A stretch of 64,000 nt of DNA. It comes from [Chlorobium] sp. 445. Lineage in GTDB: Bacteria; Bacteroidota; Chlorobiia; Chlorobiales; Thermochlorobacteraceae. Shown one piece after another: positions 28,228 to 40,205 of this stretch. Under the pieces are notes generated by a model. It made no database searches, was not told where the DNA came from, and was given only the letters and a program-made list of their open reading frames with translations. The stretch's first letter is position 1. The number at the start of each line of letters is the position of its first letter. A program made the translations under genes and the position numbers. Location: positions 19,390 through 83,389 of the forward strand of contig NSLH01000005.1 in NCBI GenBank assembly GCA_002763895.1, written 5' to 3'.

Positions 28228-31200
28228 TTACTTGACAAGCATCATCTTCTTTGTCTCTACGAAATTACCTGCTTGCAAACGATAGAAGTAGAGACCACTT
28301 GCAAGATTGGTCGCATTGAACATGATTTGGTAGCGTCCCGCTTCTTGGCGCGCATTGACTAATGTTGCGACCTCGCGCCCGAGCATATCATAGACTTTCA
28401 GCATTACATTGCTTGCTACTGGCAATTGATAGCTGATGGCTGTGCTTGGGTTGAACGGGTTAGGATAGTTTTGCGCTAACTCAAAGTTGCGTGGCACGCC
28501 AGCGTCGACTTCAATGATAGGACTGTACTCGAATGTTCCGTCAAAGTCAATTTGCTTCAAGCGGTATTGCACCATGCCTGACGCTGTTCTATCGACGAAA
28601 CTGTAAGACTGGGCTTCAGTTGTTGTGCCTTTGCCTTTGACGAAGCCAACTTTTTCCCAGTTTGTTGCGCTTTGACCATTGCGCCCAAGCAGTCGCTCAA
28701 TCTCAAAGCCTGCATTATTCTTTTCTGAAGCTGTGCTCCATTCGAGCTTTACTCCGCGTGCTTCTGGTACAGCATTGAACGACGCCAGTTCTACAGGCAG
28801 TGAATTTGCCAGATCGCGGCTACCGATTGCCAGTTCAAAGAAGTCATTGACAGGCACTGTGCTCACAAAGTTGCCATTGACAACAGCGCCACCGAGGTCT
28901 TGCCAGTCTCCATTTGGCGTGGTGCGTCCAAGCCAGCGAATTGAGGCGCTGTTGAGCACGCCCTGCAGTGCCGTTAGCGGTACACTCACGGTTGCATTTT
29001 GCAGCGTTGCGCCACCATTGAGCACACGCCAGTAATACTGACTAAGCACTACAATATCAGCTGGCAATGCGCCACCATTCGGCGTTGCCTGAATGTACTC
29101 TACCATAATCGGAGCAGCTGCAAGCACATTTGCGCGAATGGAGAGATTCGTGCCATCAAAGACCAGCGTACTGGACGCGGTATGATTCACCACTGGCACC
29201 AGACGCGCACTGGCTACAGTTCCGATGATAGAAGAAGTAAAGCGATAAATGGTACCACTCGCTGGGAAGGTGGACGATGAGCGGTTGCTTACGCCCACCG
29301 TGGTCGACCCCGTTACGCCATCCATGAAGTCGCCCGTACCGCCCACCTGACCTTTGATTCCAATTGAGGCAGTCGAGCTTGGACTTGCCGCTGCAGCGTT
29401 GTTTGGACCGTAAACGAACTCTATGATATTGCTGGTCTCGTAGAGCCGAATCTGGAAATTCAGCCGTCGCACTGCTCCAGTAAAGTAGTCTGGCATATTT
29501 TCAAACTGGATGGTGAACACTCGATTGGGTGCCGTGCCACTTACGTTCGTACGAACAGCAGCCGTGGCATCCACATTCAGGTCGTCCCACCATGGCGCCA
29601 GCACATTAAATGGTAAAGAGGTCGTGAAAAGGTTAGCATTGGCAAATGCAGTAGAGGGCGTTCCGAAGTTTGCAAATCCGTTTGTGCAGATATTGATGCT
29701 TGTGTAGGACGCGCCTAAGTAATTGAATGAGAAAGGCAGCGTGACTGTGATGAAATTATCATCGCCCGTGAGAGAGGTCGGCGTGGTAGTAATTGGCGTA
29801 TAGGTTATAGGCGCAGGGATAGAGTGTGTATACACACTGGAAACAGAACCTATGAAGTTTAGTGTCGGGCTTGTTGCAGATGACAGCGCTGGAGCACTTG
29901 CCAGCAGCGAAGCGGGACCAGCTTGGTTATAGGTAATACCGGAAATCGTCACGGTTGTTTGACCTGCTGGAATTGTACCTGTTAGGGTTCCGCCAAAGGT
30001 ACCTGTGCCTGTTGCACGTGAGAGCGTAACGGCAACAGGGGTATTGGAGACAGTCGGATTATTGCTGTTGTCTCGCAGTTCGACACTTACACTGAATGGC
30101 GCGTTGACTGCAATTGCAGTTGTCGGCACCGCTCTAAACGCTAACTGTGTAGGTGGAAGCGGCACTGCCGTAGCAATGTTATCTATGAACAGGTTATTAC
30201 CAAAGTCATTGACACCGATAAACGCAATACGCACGGTGCGTCCGGCAAACGCGCTCAGGTTAATCCATTCCGTGCGCCATTCTGCAGCTGTGGGCGTAAA
30301 TACTCCTGTGCGTGGCGGCACAGTCGCTAAGTCGTCTCCACCTTTATAGTAAATCACGTTCGGATAAGTTTGACCGCCATCTGTTGACACACGAATTTCC
30401 AGCGTATCTGCATAGCCCGGGTATCTTGCATAAGCCACATCAAAGCGCAGGTAAGCACCTGAGGGGACTCGGAAAGGTGAACTGATAAGCGCATCGAACT
30501 GCCCTGCACTGCTATACGAGTAGAAATTCATAAATGCTGATCCCGGATTCGTACTTCCTGTAGCATTACGCACCCATGTGATATTGTTGTCAGGGTTAAA
30601 GATTTGCCAGCCGCTGGGTGGAAACTCAAGCGGTACAAAATCCACATTTGCAAGACCCACAGGCGGTGCAACGACATTAAACGGCGCGCTTATTGCACTT
30701 AAGCCCAGTGCTGTTGCACGGATGCGCACGCCATTTTCAACGCGGTTATAGCGCAGACCTGCAACGGTGCCCGAGCGTTGCCCAGTCGGTATGGTTGCTG
30801 TGCGCGTGCCACTAATCTGACCTGTACCTGAAGCCGGGTTTTGGTCTACTGTGACGGTTACTGGTGCAGGCGCCGCTTGTGCTACACCGAAGGCATCGCG
30901 CAGTTCAATTGTAGCAATAAAATCGACATCCACGATAGGTGAGGCTGGAGCGATACTTGTAATTGCCAATTGTGTAATCGGTCGCCGCGGTATAAAGCGG
31001 TAGGTGATGCCTGGGGTAGGTAGCACGTTATTACGGTGATTGAAGGTAGAAAGTGAACCCGTGCCACGTCGGAATAAAGGTGCGCTCCACGCTGAAGCTG
31101 AAAGTTTTCGAGCAATTGTAGTTTGGATAGTTGAAGGATCTAATCCCTTGATGCCCACGCCAAAGGCTTTATAGGCAGCAGGATTTGAAGAGGCGCTAAA

Positions 31201-33967
31201 GACGCCGTAGGTGAATTCTATCACGCCATTCTCGTGCAAGCGAATCTGGAAGTTCATGTTGTTGTACTGTGGAGGGCGAACATTATTTGAAAGTGTAGAG
31301 AACTTTGCTTTATCTCGCACGTTTTTGAACTGGATAATGCAGACGCGGTTTGGCGCTGTGCCCGTCACATGCACACGATATTCAGCAGGCAGTGTTCCCG
31401 CCTCCAAGTCATGATTCATCACAGAGATGATGTTGATGTCTGCTGGGTGTGTGCTTGTTAGCGCCCCGCCAACGCCATCCTCATCAAGTGGATCTGTGAT
31501 AAAGAGGTTTGCTCGGGAGGGTGCCCTATTGCCAAGTTTAATAAACCCGTTGGTGTTGAGGATGAACTGCGTAAAGGTCTCTCCATTGAAGTTGAAGGGG
31601 AAACCGATGCTCTGTGGAGCAGAGTTGGCATCGTCGGTATTGGCAACATTAATCACTCTGCCATTGCTACCCAAGTCGGTGTACGGACTAGAGACGACCT
31701 GTACGTTTTCAGGGATGTATTGGGAGATAGATCGCACTAGCGAGAAGGGTCGGCTTATTTCTGAGACTGTGCCCGTACGGATGCGGATAGCATAGTCGTT
31801 TCCATCAGGCAAAGAAGCCGGCGGCGTAAAAGTAAAACTGCGTGTCGAAGCAGGAAGGTTGCTTGCAATCGTCAGTACATCAAAGCGACCGCGCATCAGG
31901 TCAATGTTGATGGGTGTATCGACATTGCCAAACACCGACCAGCGAATTGTGGTAGGCTCTCCTTTTACTATTGCTCCAGCTGGCTCAGTGATATTGATTA
32001 AAAATCCAAGGGCAGCTAAGACCGCTTTTCGGGCATTTACTCTGCCGTAGCCCATCTCTTCGTTCCATGTGCCGAGAGGACGATTGGGCACATTCGTATA
32101 GCTATAGGGTCCAGCTTTATCTGTTGTAGATTGCAAAAGTGTCTCGAGTTGTTCTACCCTCATGCTTGGGCGCACCGAAGCCATCATTGCAACGACGCTG
32201 GCTGCCACTGGACACGATGCTGAGGTGCCTCCGAAGAACGTTACATCTCCCGCATCGTAGCCGTCTGCACCTCTGCGGTCAATCGTCAAGATTCCAATAA
32301 CAGGTGAGGCATAGTCACCGGGTGCTACCACATCTAGGTCATTACCATATTGTGAATATGAGGCACGATTGTCAGTATGAGTAGAAGAGCCAACCGCTAT
32401 CATATTAGCTGCTCTTGCAGGATAGCCTACAGCAGAGGCGCCACTATTTCCTGCGGAGAAGAGCACCACGGCACCCAGACCGCTGCGAGATTGTGAGCGT
32501 ACAGCGTTAAAGCTAGCTTCCTGTGCGGCACTTGGTGTTCCACCGCCCCAGCTATTAGAAACCGCTGCTACTCCGGGTGTCGTAATGATGCGTGTAGCCA
32601 TACGTGTGATATCGAGCTGCGTAAAGTTAAACGAGCCACCAGAGGGCGCGGTTGAGGCAATATCAATGAGCAGCAAGCGCACATTGGGTGCACCGCTCGC
32701 CACCAACAATCCATTGTCGGTGCGTGCGCCAATAATCCCCGCACACGGCGTGCCGTGATTGGAGTCCGCGTTTCTTGGTGTAGCTGGATTAGGCTCATCA
32801 AAGGTACGATAGGAACCTACAATCTTTCCTTGCAATTCTGGGTGATCAAGATCATAGCCACCAGCGTCTGTAATCGCAACCACTATACCTGAGTTTCCAA
32901 ATGTTACAGCGTATGCACCCAAAGCATTGATGTCTGCACCGACTACGCCATCAGTCTGTCCAGTATTGTGTAACCACCATTGCTGTGAAAACAGTGGATC
33001 GCTAACACGCATCAAGTTCGCATAATCTGGACGCGGTTCAACATACGCTTTTGCTTTGCGTCCCTTCTGACCCGACCATTCAGGCGTATTTACATCTGGT
33101 GTCTGAGTCTCGTCAGGCACAGTGCTCATGATGCCTTCCATTGCTTCCTTGCGCAACTCATCGGAAAAGGGCAGTCGGGTTCGATCGTGTATCACTGCTG
33201 CTTTAGAGCCATTCCCATGGACCTGAATACCAGCCTGACGCAGCATCTCGGTCTTCAAGCGAATTCGCTCCTCTGGACTCAGATCCTTTGTGCGCTCTTG
33301 CAAGAGTGTGGCAGGGTCGTGCTTTTCAGGCAACTTCTGCTTTGGGGCATCTTGATGGACATAGCCACGAAAAGTAAAGTTTGGCTCAGCGTAGTTGAAC
33401 AGTTGACTTTCTTGCAACTGACTGGCGATATCAAAGACATTTGCATCTGGAGAAATTTTAGCATAGAGTTGTTCATGATCCCCCAGCTCATAGCGGGCAA
33501 AGACGGAGACACCCAGTTTGTCTAGCAATGCTTGTGCGCGTGGATTATTCGCCGTCTTTGGTGAGAACACAATTTCATTGGTTACCCACACCGTATCGCC
33601 AGATGCCGTTCGATAGGCCGGATAGACGGATTCTACATCGGGATTGCGCTTGAGTTCTGCAATGACTTCTTCCATCGTGCGCTGACTTCTTGCATTTACC
33701 TGCAATGTGTAACGCACAGTATTGTAGGCAGAAATGTCTGTCTCTTTCGGCTCCATCAGCACAGATGCTAAACGGCGCGACATACGCATGACTTGCGCCT
33801 TTTTGATTAGCTGGCACCGTCTCGCGGTATTTCACCATTACCTCAGAGGGCAACGGTGAAAGAAACATTTTCTGTCCGTTATAGTAGTAATAGGGATTTT
33901 CTTGAGCTTGAGCACTCATGAAAGTAAATAACAGCAGCGGCAGCAAGAATACACGAAGGTGTTTCAT
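28228..33967 (-). CDS. Giant secreted subtilisin-like (S8) serine protease with T9SS C-terminal sorting domain; N-terminus displaced by a 1-nt frame change
   Basis: Catalytic triad contexts AITDAGG (Asp), NHGTPCAG (His) and GGTSASCPVAA (Ser). The C-terminal NYPNPFNPST...GLYFYRL...KKMMLVK is a por-secretion tail. The signal peptide MKHLRVFLLPLLLFTFMSAQAQ lies in ORF 33575-34108 in another frame. Confidence 0.85.
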
Positions 33968-34232
33968 GGTCAGGCAGTTTTGTTGTTTGTTATCTTTGTT
34001 GATGATTGTGGCAGAGCCCACAGTTTCATAAAGATAAAGTGCAAACCTCATCTCACAAAATTCTGAGTAGCAGGGAAATTTGTCTCTTGTGGACCTGCAT
34101 TTTTGCATTGACTTTGAGCCGCTATTTCTTTATATTTGCGACCTTTTTATTAAATCACTTGTTGGGACGCTATTCTTTCAAATTCTCAAACTTTGAAGGA
34201 CGCTTCGCTGCGTCGTTCTTTGAACTACTTCA

Positions 34233-36108
34233 ATGAAAAATAACGGCTTTCGCATCGGGCTTACTATTGTTTTCATTCTCCTCTCGGGGTGGTTTCTTTA
34301 CCCCACAGTTCAAGATTATCTTTACAGCAAAAAATTGCGCGAATTTTCTTCACCAGAAGACAGTTTGGCATTTGTGAAGGAAAATCGCAAGAGCATTGAT
34401 GCGGCGCAGGAAAAGCGCCTCAAGCTCGGTCTGGATTTGCAAGGCGGCATGCATGTTGTCTTGGAGGTAGATGTGCTCGATCTGCTTGAGCTTAAGGCGC
34501 GCAACCGTGATGCAGTATTTGACTCTGTTGTTGCAGCTGTGCGCGAGCGCGCCGAACGCGAGAACGAGAGAGTCCCGGTGCTGCTTGCCAAAGAGTTCAA
34601 ACAGAGGGGGATTCGCCTTAGCCGATATTTCTATGACTTGCGCGATTCTGACGATGAGATTGTCGAGAAACTCAACCGTGAAGCCGAAGAGGCTGTAAAT
34701 CGCGCAAAAGAAATTATCCGCAATCGTGTCGATCAGTTTGGTGTTGCCGAACCCACGATTCTTGTTAAAGGCGGTCGGCGCATCATTGTTGAACTGCCGG
34801 GCGTGAGCGACAAAGAGCGTGTACGGAAGTTGCTCAAGGGCACAGCGAAGTTGGAGTTCAAACTGGTGCGCGATCCAGATATTGCTATCAAGACCCTAAG
34901 CGACATCAACAAATATCTTGCGCGTCAAAAGCGGTTGAGCGATACAACGCTTGCCAACGATTCGCTGGCGCTTGCCAGAGCCGATTCGCTAGCAGCCTTA
35001 CCTGATTCACTCAAATCGCAAGAGCAGCTGAAGGCAGAAAATCCACTTTTTGCAGTTGCCGACACGGACGATGGTATTATCATTGATCCACGCTCTGGTG
35101 CACTCTTTGTTACAGAGACCGCCAAACCCAAAGTGCTTGCGACACTGAACCGTCCTGATATACGCGAGCGCTTTACAGGTGATTTGGAATTTTTGCCCGA
35201 TGCTCGCGCCTTCCAGAATGATGCCGGTGAAAAATGTCTATCGGCTCTACGCTCTCAAGCGCGAACCTGAGCTTGAAGGCGGTGTCATCGTTGAAGCGCG
35301 CGCAACATTCAGCATTGATGGTACGCGCCCTGAAGTCAACATGCGCATGAATGATGAAGGCACACGCAAATGGGCGCGCGTTACAGGCGCCAATATTGAT
35401 AAGCAAATTGCAATTGTGCTCGATGGTGTTGTCTTTTCTGCGCCTGTGGTTAAATCCAAGATTCCTAATGGTAGTTCGGTCATCAATGGCCTAGCTTCTG
35501 CAGAAGAAGCGCGTGACTTAGAAATTGTGCTGAAAGCAGGTGCACTCCCTGCGCCTGTACGCATCGTCGAAGAGCGTACCGTTGGTGCATCGCTGGGCGA
35601 GGATTCTATCCGTGCAGGACTTTATTCCGTGCTTGCCGGCTTTCTTGTGGTTGCAATCTTCATGATTTTCTATTACCGCATAGCTGGCTTTATTGCCGAT
35701 TTTGCGTTGCTTTTCAATGTGCTTTTCGTGATTGCCTTCCTTGCTGGATTCAGTGCTACCCTGACTTTGCCCGGTATCGCTGGCTTGGTGCTAACAATCG
35801 GTATGGCCATCGATGCCAATGTGCTCATCTTTGAGCGCGTGCGTGAAGAAAGTGCTAAAGGCAAACTACTTAAACTTGCTATTGAGATCGGCTACGATAA
35901 AGCGTTCTCCGCCATTCTGGATTCACATGTTACCACATTTGGTGCCGCTGCGCTGCTCTATGCGTTTGGGATCGGACCGATTCAAGGTTTTGCGGTTACA
36001 CTGATGATTGGCATTGCCGCCAGTCTTTTCACTGCCGTTGTCATTACCAAAATCTCGTTTGATTGGATGCTTGAGCGCGATAAAGTTAGCATTGTCAGTT
36101 TTGGTTAA
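34233..36108 (+). CDS. secD: Protein translocase subunit SecD, split by a 1-nt frame change
   Basis: The N-terminal TM and periplasmic domain are in ORF 34233-35270. The remaining periplasmic part ([15 protein letters not shown]) and six TM helices are in ORF 35179-36108. The frames join at the A5 run 35230-35234. Confidence 0.9.
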
Positions 36109-36137
36109 TCCAAATTTATTCTCTTTCATCAACAGCT

Positions 36138-37061
36138 ATGCGTTTCTTAGAAAAGGCAAATTTTGACTTCATTGGCAAGCGTAAAGCGGCCTACTACATC
36201 TCACTGGGGTTTCTGGTCATTGGTCTGGCCTCGATCCTCGTGCGCGGCTTTCAACTCGGCATTGACTTCAAGGGAGGCACAGAAGTCGTGGTTGGCTTTA
36301 CTAATCCGGTCGACATCGGTCAGATTCGCAAAACCATTTATGCTGAAGGTATCAGTGGGCAAATCAAAGAATACGGCTCGCCACGCGAGATTATCTTAAC
36401 TACGGACTTTCAGGGCGAACTCAACGATTTGCAAAGCACGCTGACACGCATCCTCACACGTGACTTCAAGGATAATCCACACGAGATTTTGCGCATTGAT
36501 TCCGTCGGTCCTAGCATTGCTGACGATTTGCGCGGCTCTGCTATCAGCGCCATTCTGGGTGCACTTGCCATCATTCTAATTTACGTTGGCATTCGCTTTG
36601 AGTTTAAGTTCGCTGCTGCTGGTGTACTTGCGATTTTTCACGACGTACTCGTGGTTGCCAGCCTATTTAGCTTGCTCGGCGGACTCTTTAACGCCATGCC
36701 TCTTGAAGTCGACCAAAGTACCATTGCGGCATTTCTCACAATTGTGGGCTACTCGATTACAGATACTGTCGTTGTCTATGACCGCATTCGTGAGAACATT
36801 AAAATTCGCCGCAATGAACCTTATGAGAAAATTTTTAACGATAGCCTTAACGAAACGCTCAGCCGTACGATTATTACCTCAACGACTACGCTACTCACGG
36901 TAATTGTCTTGTTTATCTTTGCTGGTCCTACCATTCGCAGTTTTGCTTTTGCAATTGGAATGGGTATTTTGATTGGCACCTATTCATCGGTATTTGTGGC
37001 TGCGCCACTTGTTCTGGATTGGCAACTGCGCACAGGTGGCAAACTCAAACTCCGTGGCTAA
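36138..37061 (+). CDS. secF: Protein translocase subunit SecF
   Basis: 307 aa with GIDFKGGTEV, six TM helices and GYSITDTVVVYDRIREN. Confidence 0.92.
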   Translation: MRFLEKANFDFIGKRKAAYYISLGFLVIGLASILVRGFQLGIDFKGGTEVVVGFTNPVDIGQIRKTIYAEGISGQIKEYGSPREIILTTDFQGELNDLQSTLTRILTRDFKDNPHEILRIDSVGPSIADDLRGSAISAILGALAIILIYVGIRFEFKFAAAGVLAIFHDVLVVASLFSLLGGLFNAMPLEVDQSTIAAFLTIVGYSITDTVVVYDRIRENIKIRRNEPYEKIFNDSLNETLSRTIITSTTTLLTVIVLFIFAGPTIRSFAFAIGMGILIGTYSSVFVAAPLVLDWQLRTGGKLKLRG

Positions 37062-37071
37062 CCTTCACGGA

Positions 37072-37110
37072 GGCCTAGAGGTAAGACATTAGCTCCAGTT
37101 AGGCTTTTTT
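37072..37110 (+). terminator. Possible intrinsic terminator after secF
   Basis: An imperfect hairpin (GCCUA/UAGGC plus GAG/CUC) is followed by U6 at 37105-37110. Confidence 0.4.
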
Positions 37111-37193
37111 GCGTGTAGCTTGGTGTCTGGTGTGTCATAGCACTCCACCACTTACACGGCTGGCAGTAGCATCACAACTTAGCTTTTTTCATC

Positions 37194-37532
37194 ATGAAAT
37201 TTTCAGAAAAAGTGATTGGCTCGACGGTCGTCATTTCCCTCGAAGGCGATGTACTGGGCGGACCAGGCGCTAACGAACTGCTCAATCGCCTGCGCGAACT
37301 TATCGCCTCTGGCAAAAAACATCTCATTATCGACCTTGCTAAAGTCGAGTACATGAATTCGTCAGGCTTGGGCATGATGACTTCCGCATTGACCACCGTG
37401 CGCAATGCTGGCGGCGACTTGCGCCTTGCCAATCCCGCAGAGCGAATCAAAAGCCTGCTTGTGATTACCAAACTCGTTCAAGTCTTCCAGACTTTTGACT
37501 CGCTTGATGCCGCTGTAGCCAGCTTCAGCTAA
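37194..37532 (+). CDS. STAS-domain anti-sigma-factor antagonist (SpoIIAA-like)
   Basis: 112 aa. LIIDLAKVEYMNSSGLGMM contains the conserved phosphorylatable Ser context. C-terminal LVITKLVQVFQTFDS. Confidence 0.8.
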   Translation: MKFSEKVIGSTVVISLEGDVLGGPGANELLNRLRELIASGKKHLIIDLAKVEYMNSSGLGMMTSALTTVRNAGGDLRLANPAERIKSLLVITKLVQVFQTFDSLDAAVASFS

Positions 37533-37756
37533 GCACAGCTCGCACACTTGTATCAAGCGTTTTTTGACCGTGCTTCTTTGTGTTTTTGCCACGCCTTCAC
37601 CATACGAACGCAGAGATAGCGCCACGCAAGCCGAACTCAAACTCGTTGCTCAATCCCCTTCTATAGGCTTTGCAACGCACTCTTGCACAAGATAAAACCA
37701 AACCAAAGCCAGCGCTATTTTCGATCAGCACCTAGCTTTGTTGAGTTAAAGCTGCA

Positions 37757-38548
37757 TTACGGACGCTGCGGTTCTTGTGTTTTAATATCAAGACCGACAA
37801 GTTTCCACTCGCCATCTCGAAACACATAATCCAGCGAAAAGAGCACATCAACAGGTGCAACTTTCGAGGCTATCGCACCTTGCGTTTTGAGTACACCATT
37901 TTCATCAAGGCGTGCAGGCGCGCTGAATGCAATAGGCGCATCCTGTATCAGCATCCCCACATCGACTTTTTTCTCTATAAACTGAGAGAATACCGTCTTT
38001 AACCTCTCAGGTGAAAACTCACGCTGAAACTCTGGCGCCATCAGCGCGTGAAATAGCGTGAAGTCCTCGTTGACCACAGCATTACCGAAGTTTCTGAGTG
38101 ATTTGTAGCTCAATTCCCTGAGTTCTGCATCTGATGGCAGGCTTGCAGGCGAAGTCCGACTTGGAGTGGAAGTTGTGCTGGGCGACTCTAGCGCAAAGCC
38201 TCCTACGCGCCGAAAAACCATGCCGTTGAGTTTCATTTCATTGCCGCTTGGCGCTTGGTCAATACGAAATGTCTCGCTGATGCCCAATAAACTAATCTCA
38301 AATGAATTCATCTTGGGCATGTATTCTACTGTGCCACCTTCGACGCTCTTGCCGCCAATTTTGAAGGCACCTTTACCATTGGCAAAAATTTGCAGACGCG
38401 AGCCATCTTGCGCCTGCCACTCCCCATAGAACTCTGATGGAATTGGCTTGAGCTCGTCAGGATTTTTCTTGCTCGCACAACTTGATACAAGCACTATGCT
38501 AACCATAGCAAGCAGCAGGACGAACGCGGTGATGAGGTTGTTTTTCAT
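37757..38548 (-). CDS. Hypothetical lipoprotein
   Basis: Lipobox MKNNLITAFVLLLAMVSIVLVSSC from the ATG at 38548. No recognisable catalytic motif. Confidence 0.55.
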   Translation of the reverse strand: MKNNLITAFVLLLAMVSIVLVSSCASKKNPDELKPIPSEFYGEWQAQDGSRLQIFANGKGAFKIGGKSVEGGTVEYMPKMNSFEISLLGISETFRIDQAPSGNEMKLNGMVFRRVGGFALESPSTTSTPSRTSPASLPSDAELRELSYKSLRNFGNAVVNEDFTLFHALMAPEFQREFSPERLKTVFSQFIEKKVDVGMLIQDAPIAFSAPARLDENGVLKTQGAIASKVAPVDVLFSLDYVFRDGEWKLVGLDIKTQEPQRP

Positions 38549-38729
38549 AGCTGTGTAATTTTTGATTTGACAAACTACTTGGCGCCTACTTCTCCCTGTA
38601 AGCTCTTGAAGTTCGGCAATACTCGCCAATCGTCTTGTGAGGCAAGTCTAAGGAATTTGCCAGATTTTGTCGTATCATTTCACCCCGCTGAAGTTCAAGC
38701 ATTTTTAACAAATTGCAAGAGAGACATTT

Positions 38730-39719
38730 ATGGCAAAAGTCATTCTGGATTTTGAAAAACCTATTGCAGAACTTGAGGCCAAACTCAACGAAATGCGCCA
38801 GTTTGCTTTGCAAAATGGGAATGGCAAAACGGAGGAATTAGCGCGCGACATTGAGCAACTCGAAGCTAAAGTTCAAGATTTGCGCATCTCGGTCTACAAA
38901 AACCTTACGCGCTGGCAACGTGTACAACTGGCTCGCCATCCCGAGCGCCCCTATACGCTGGATTACATTTACATGATGACACAAGACTTTATGGAACTCT
39001 CTGGCGACCGTGCCTTCGGTGATGATAAAGCAATTGTTGGCGGTCTGGCACGCATGGTCGATGACGATCATCACTTTTCGCAAACGGTGATGATTATCGG
39101 TCATCAAAAAGGGCGTGATACCAAATCGAATATCTTTCGCAATTTTGGCATGGCGAATCCCGAGGGCTATCGTAAAGCGTTGCGTCTGATGAAACTTGCC
39201 GAAAAGTTCAAGAAGCCTGTCATTACGCTTATCGATACGCCGGGTGCATTTCCGGGCATTGAAGCTGAGGAGCGTGGACAAGCAGAAGCGATTGCTCGCA
39301 ATCTCTTTGAAATGGCACGCCTGCGTACTCCTATTATTGCTGTGATTATCGGCGAGGGGGCTTCAGGTGGTGCTATCGGCATTGGTGTCGGCAACCGCGT
39401 CTTGATGCTTGAGAATGCTTGGTATTCGGTCATCTCACCTGAAAGTTGCTCTTCCATTCTCTGGCGCAGTTGGTCGTTCAAAGAGCAAGCGGCTGAAGCG
39501 CTCAAACTCACGGCAGCTGACCTTATTGAGTACGGTATTATCGACCGTATCGTGCCCGAACCCATTGGCGGTGCACATCACAATCCTGAACAAGTTGCAG
39601 CAACCCTAAAACGCATCCTGATTGAAGAATTGCAGGAACTGATGAAGAAATCGCCTGAGCAGCTTGTCAATGAGCGTATTGAGAAGTTTGCGAAGATGGG
39701 CGTATGGAGAGAGGAGTAA
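38730..39719 (+). CDS. accA: Acetyl-CoA carboxylase carboxyltransferase alpha subunit
   Basis: [47 protein letters not shown] and IGEGASGGA. Confidence 0.93.
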   Translation: MAKVILDFEKPIAELEAKLNEMRQFALQNGNGKTEELARDIEQLEAKVQDLRISVYKNLTRWQRVQLARHPERPYTLDYIYMMTQDFMELSGDRAFGDDKAIVGGLARMVDDDHHFSQTVMIIGHQKGRDTKSNIFRNFGMANPEGYRKALRLMKLAEKFKKPVITLIDTPGAFPGIEAEERGQAEAIARNLFEMARLRTPIIAVIIGEGASGGAIGIGVGNRVLMLENAWYSVISPESCSSILWRSWSFKEQAAEALKLTAADLIEYGIIDRIVPEPIGGAHHNPEQVAATLKRILIEELQELMKKSPEQLVNERIEKFAKMGVWREE

Positions 39720-40147
39720 TGTTGCGCTCGCCACGCCATGTTTTTACTTACACATTGCGCGTGATTTATGCGCACACTGATCAGATGCAAGTTGTCTACT
39801 ACGCGCGTTATTTTGAATTTCTGGAAGCCGCGCGCAACGAGTTGCTCCGCAGTTGTGGCTTTGCCTACAAAGCGTTGGAAGCGTACGGGGTGCGGCTCCC
39901 CGTTGTCTCTGCCCACTTAGACTATCTTGCTCCAGCACGCTACGATGATGAACTTCTTATCGAAACCCACATCTCAAAGCTCGAAAATGTGCGCGTTACG
40001 CTCTCGTACCAAGGCTTTGAGCAGCAGACACGTCAAAAACTCTTTGAAGGCTATACCATTCACGCTTTTGTCAATCAAGCTGGCAAACTGACTCGAGCAC
40101 CACAAGCGTTTTTTAGAGGCGTTAAAACCTTATGTCGACTAAACTGA
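39719..40147 (+). CDS. YbgC/4HBT-family acyl-CoA thioesterase (hotdog fold)
   Basis: YAHTDQMQVVYYARYFEFLEAARNELLR with the catalytic Asp context. Its ATG overlaps the accA stop (TAATG). Confidence 0.8.
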   Translation: MLRSPRHVFTYTLRVIYAHTDQMQVVYYARYFEFLEAARNELLRSCGFAYKALEAYGVRLPVVSAHLDYLAPARYDDELLIETHISKLENVRVTLSYQGFEQQTRQKLFEGYTIHAFVNQAGKLTRAPQAFFRGVKTLCRLN

Positions 40148-40205
40148 ACATGCAACGCGCATGCCCTGTGCCGCAATTTCTTTGCGCTTGTGCAAGCTTA
40201 TGCTT

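Noticed and set aside
37194-37532. Orphan STAS anti-sigma-antagonist with no adjacent partner-switching kinase or phosphatase.
   Set aside because: STAS genes are frequently dispersed from their partners, so a single gene gives no evidence of a new module.
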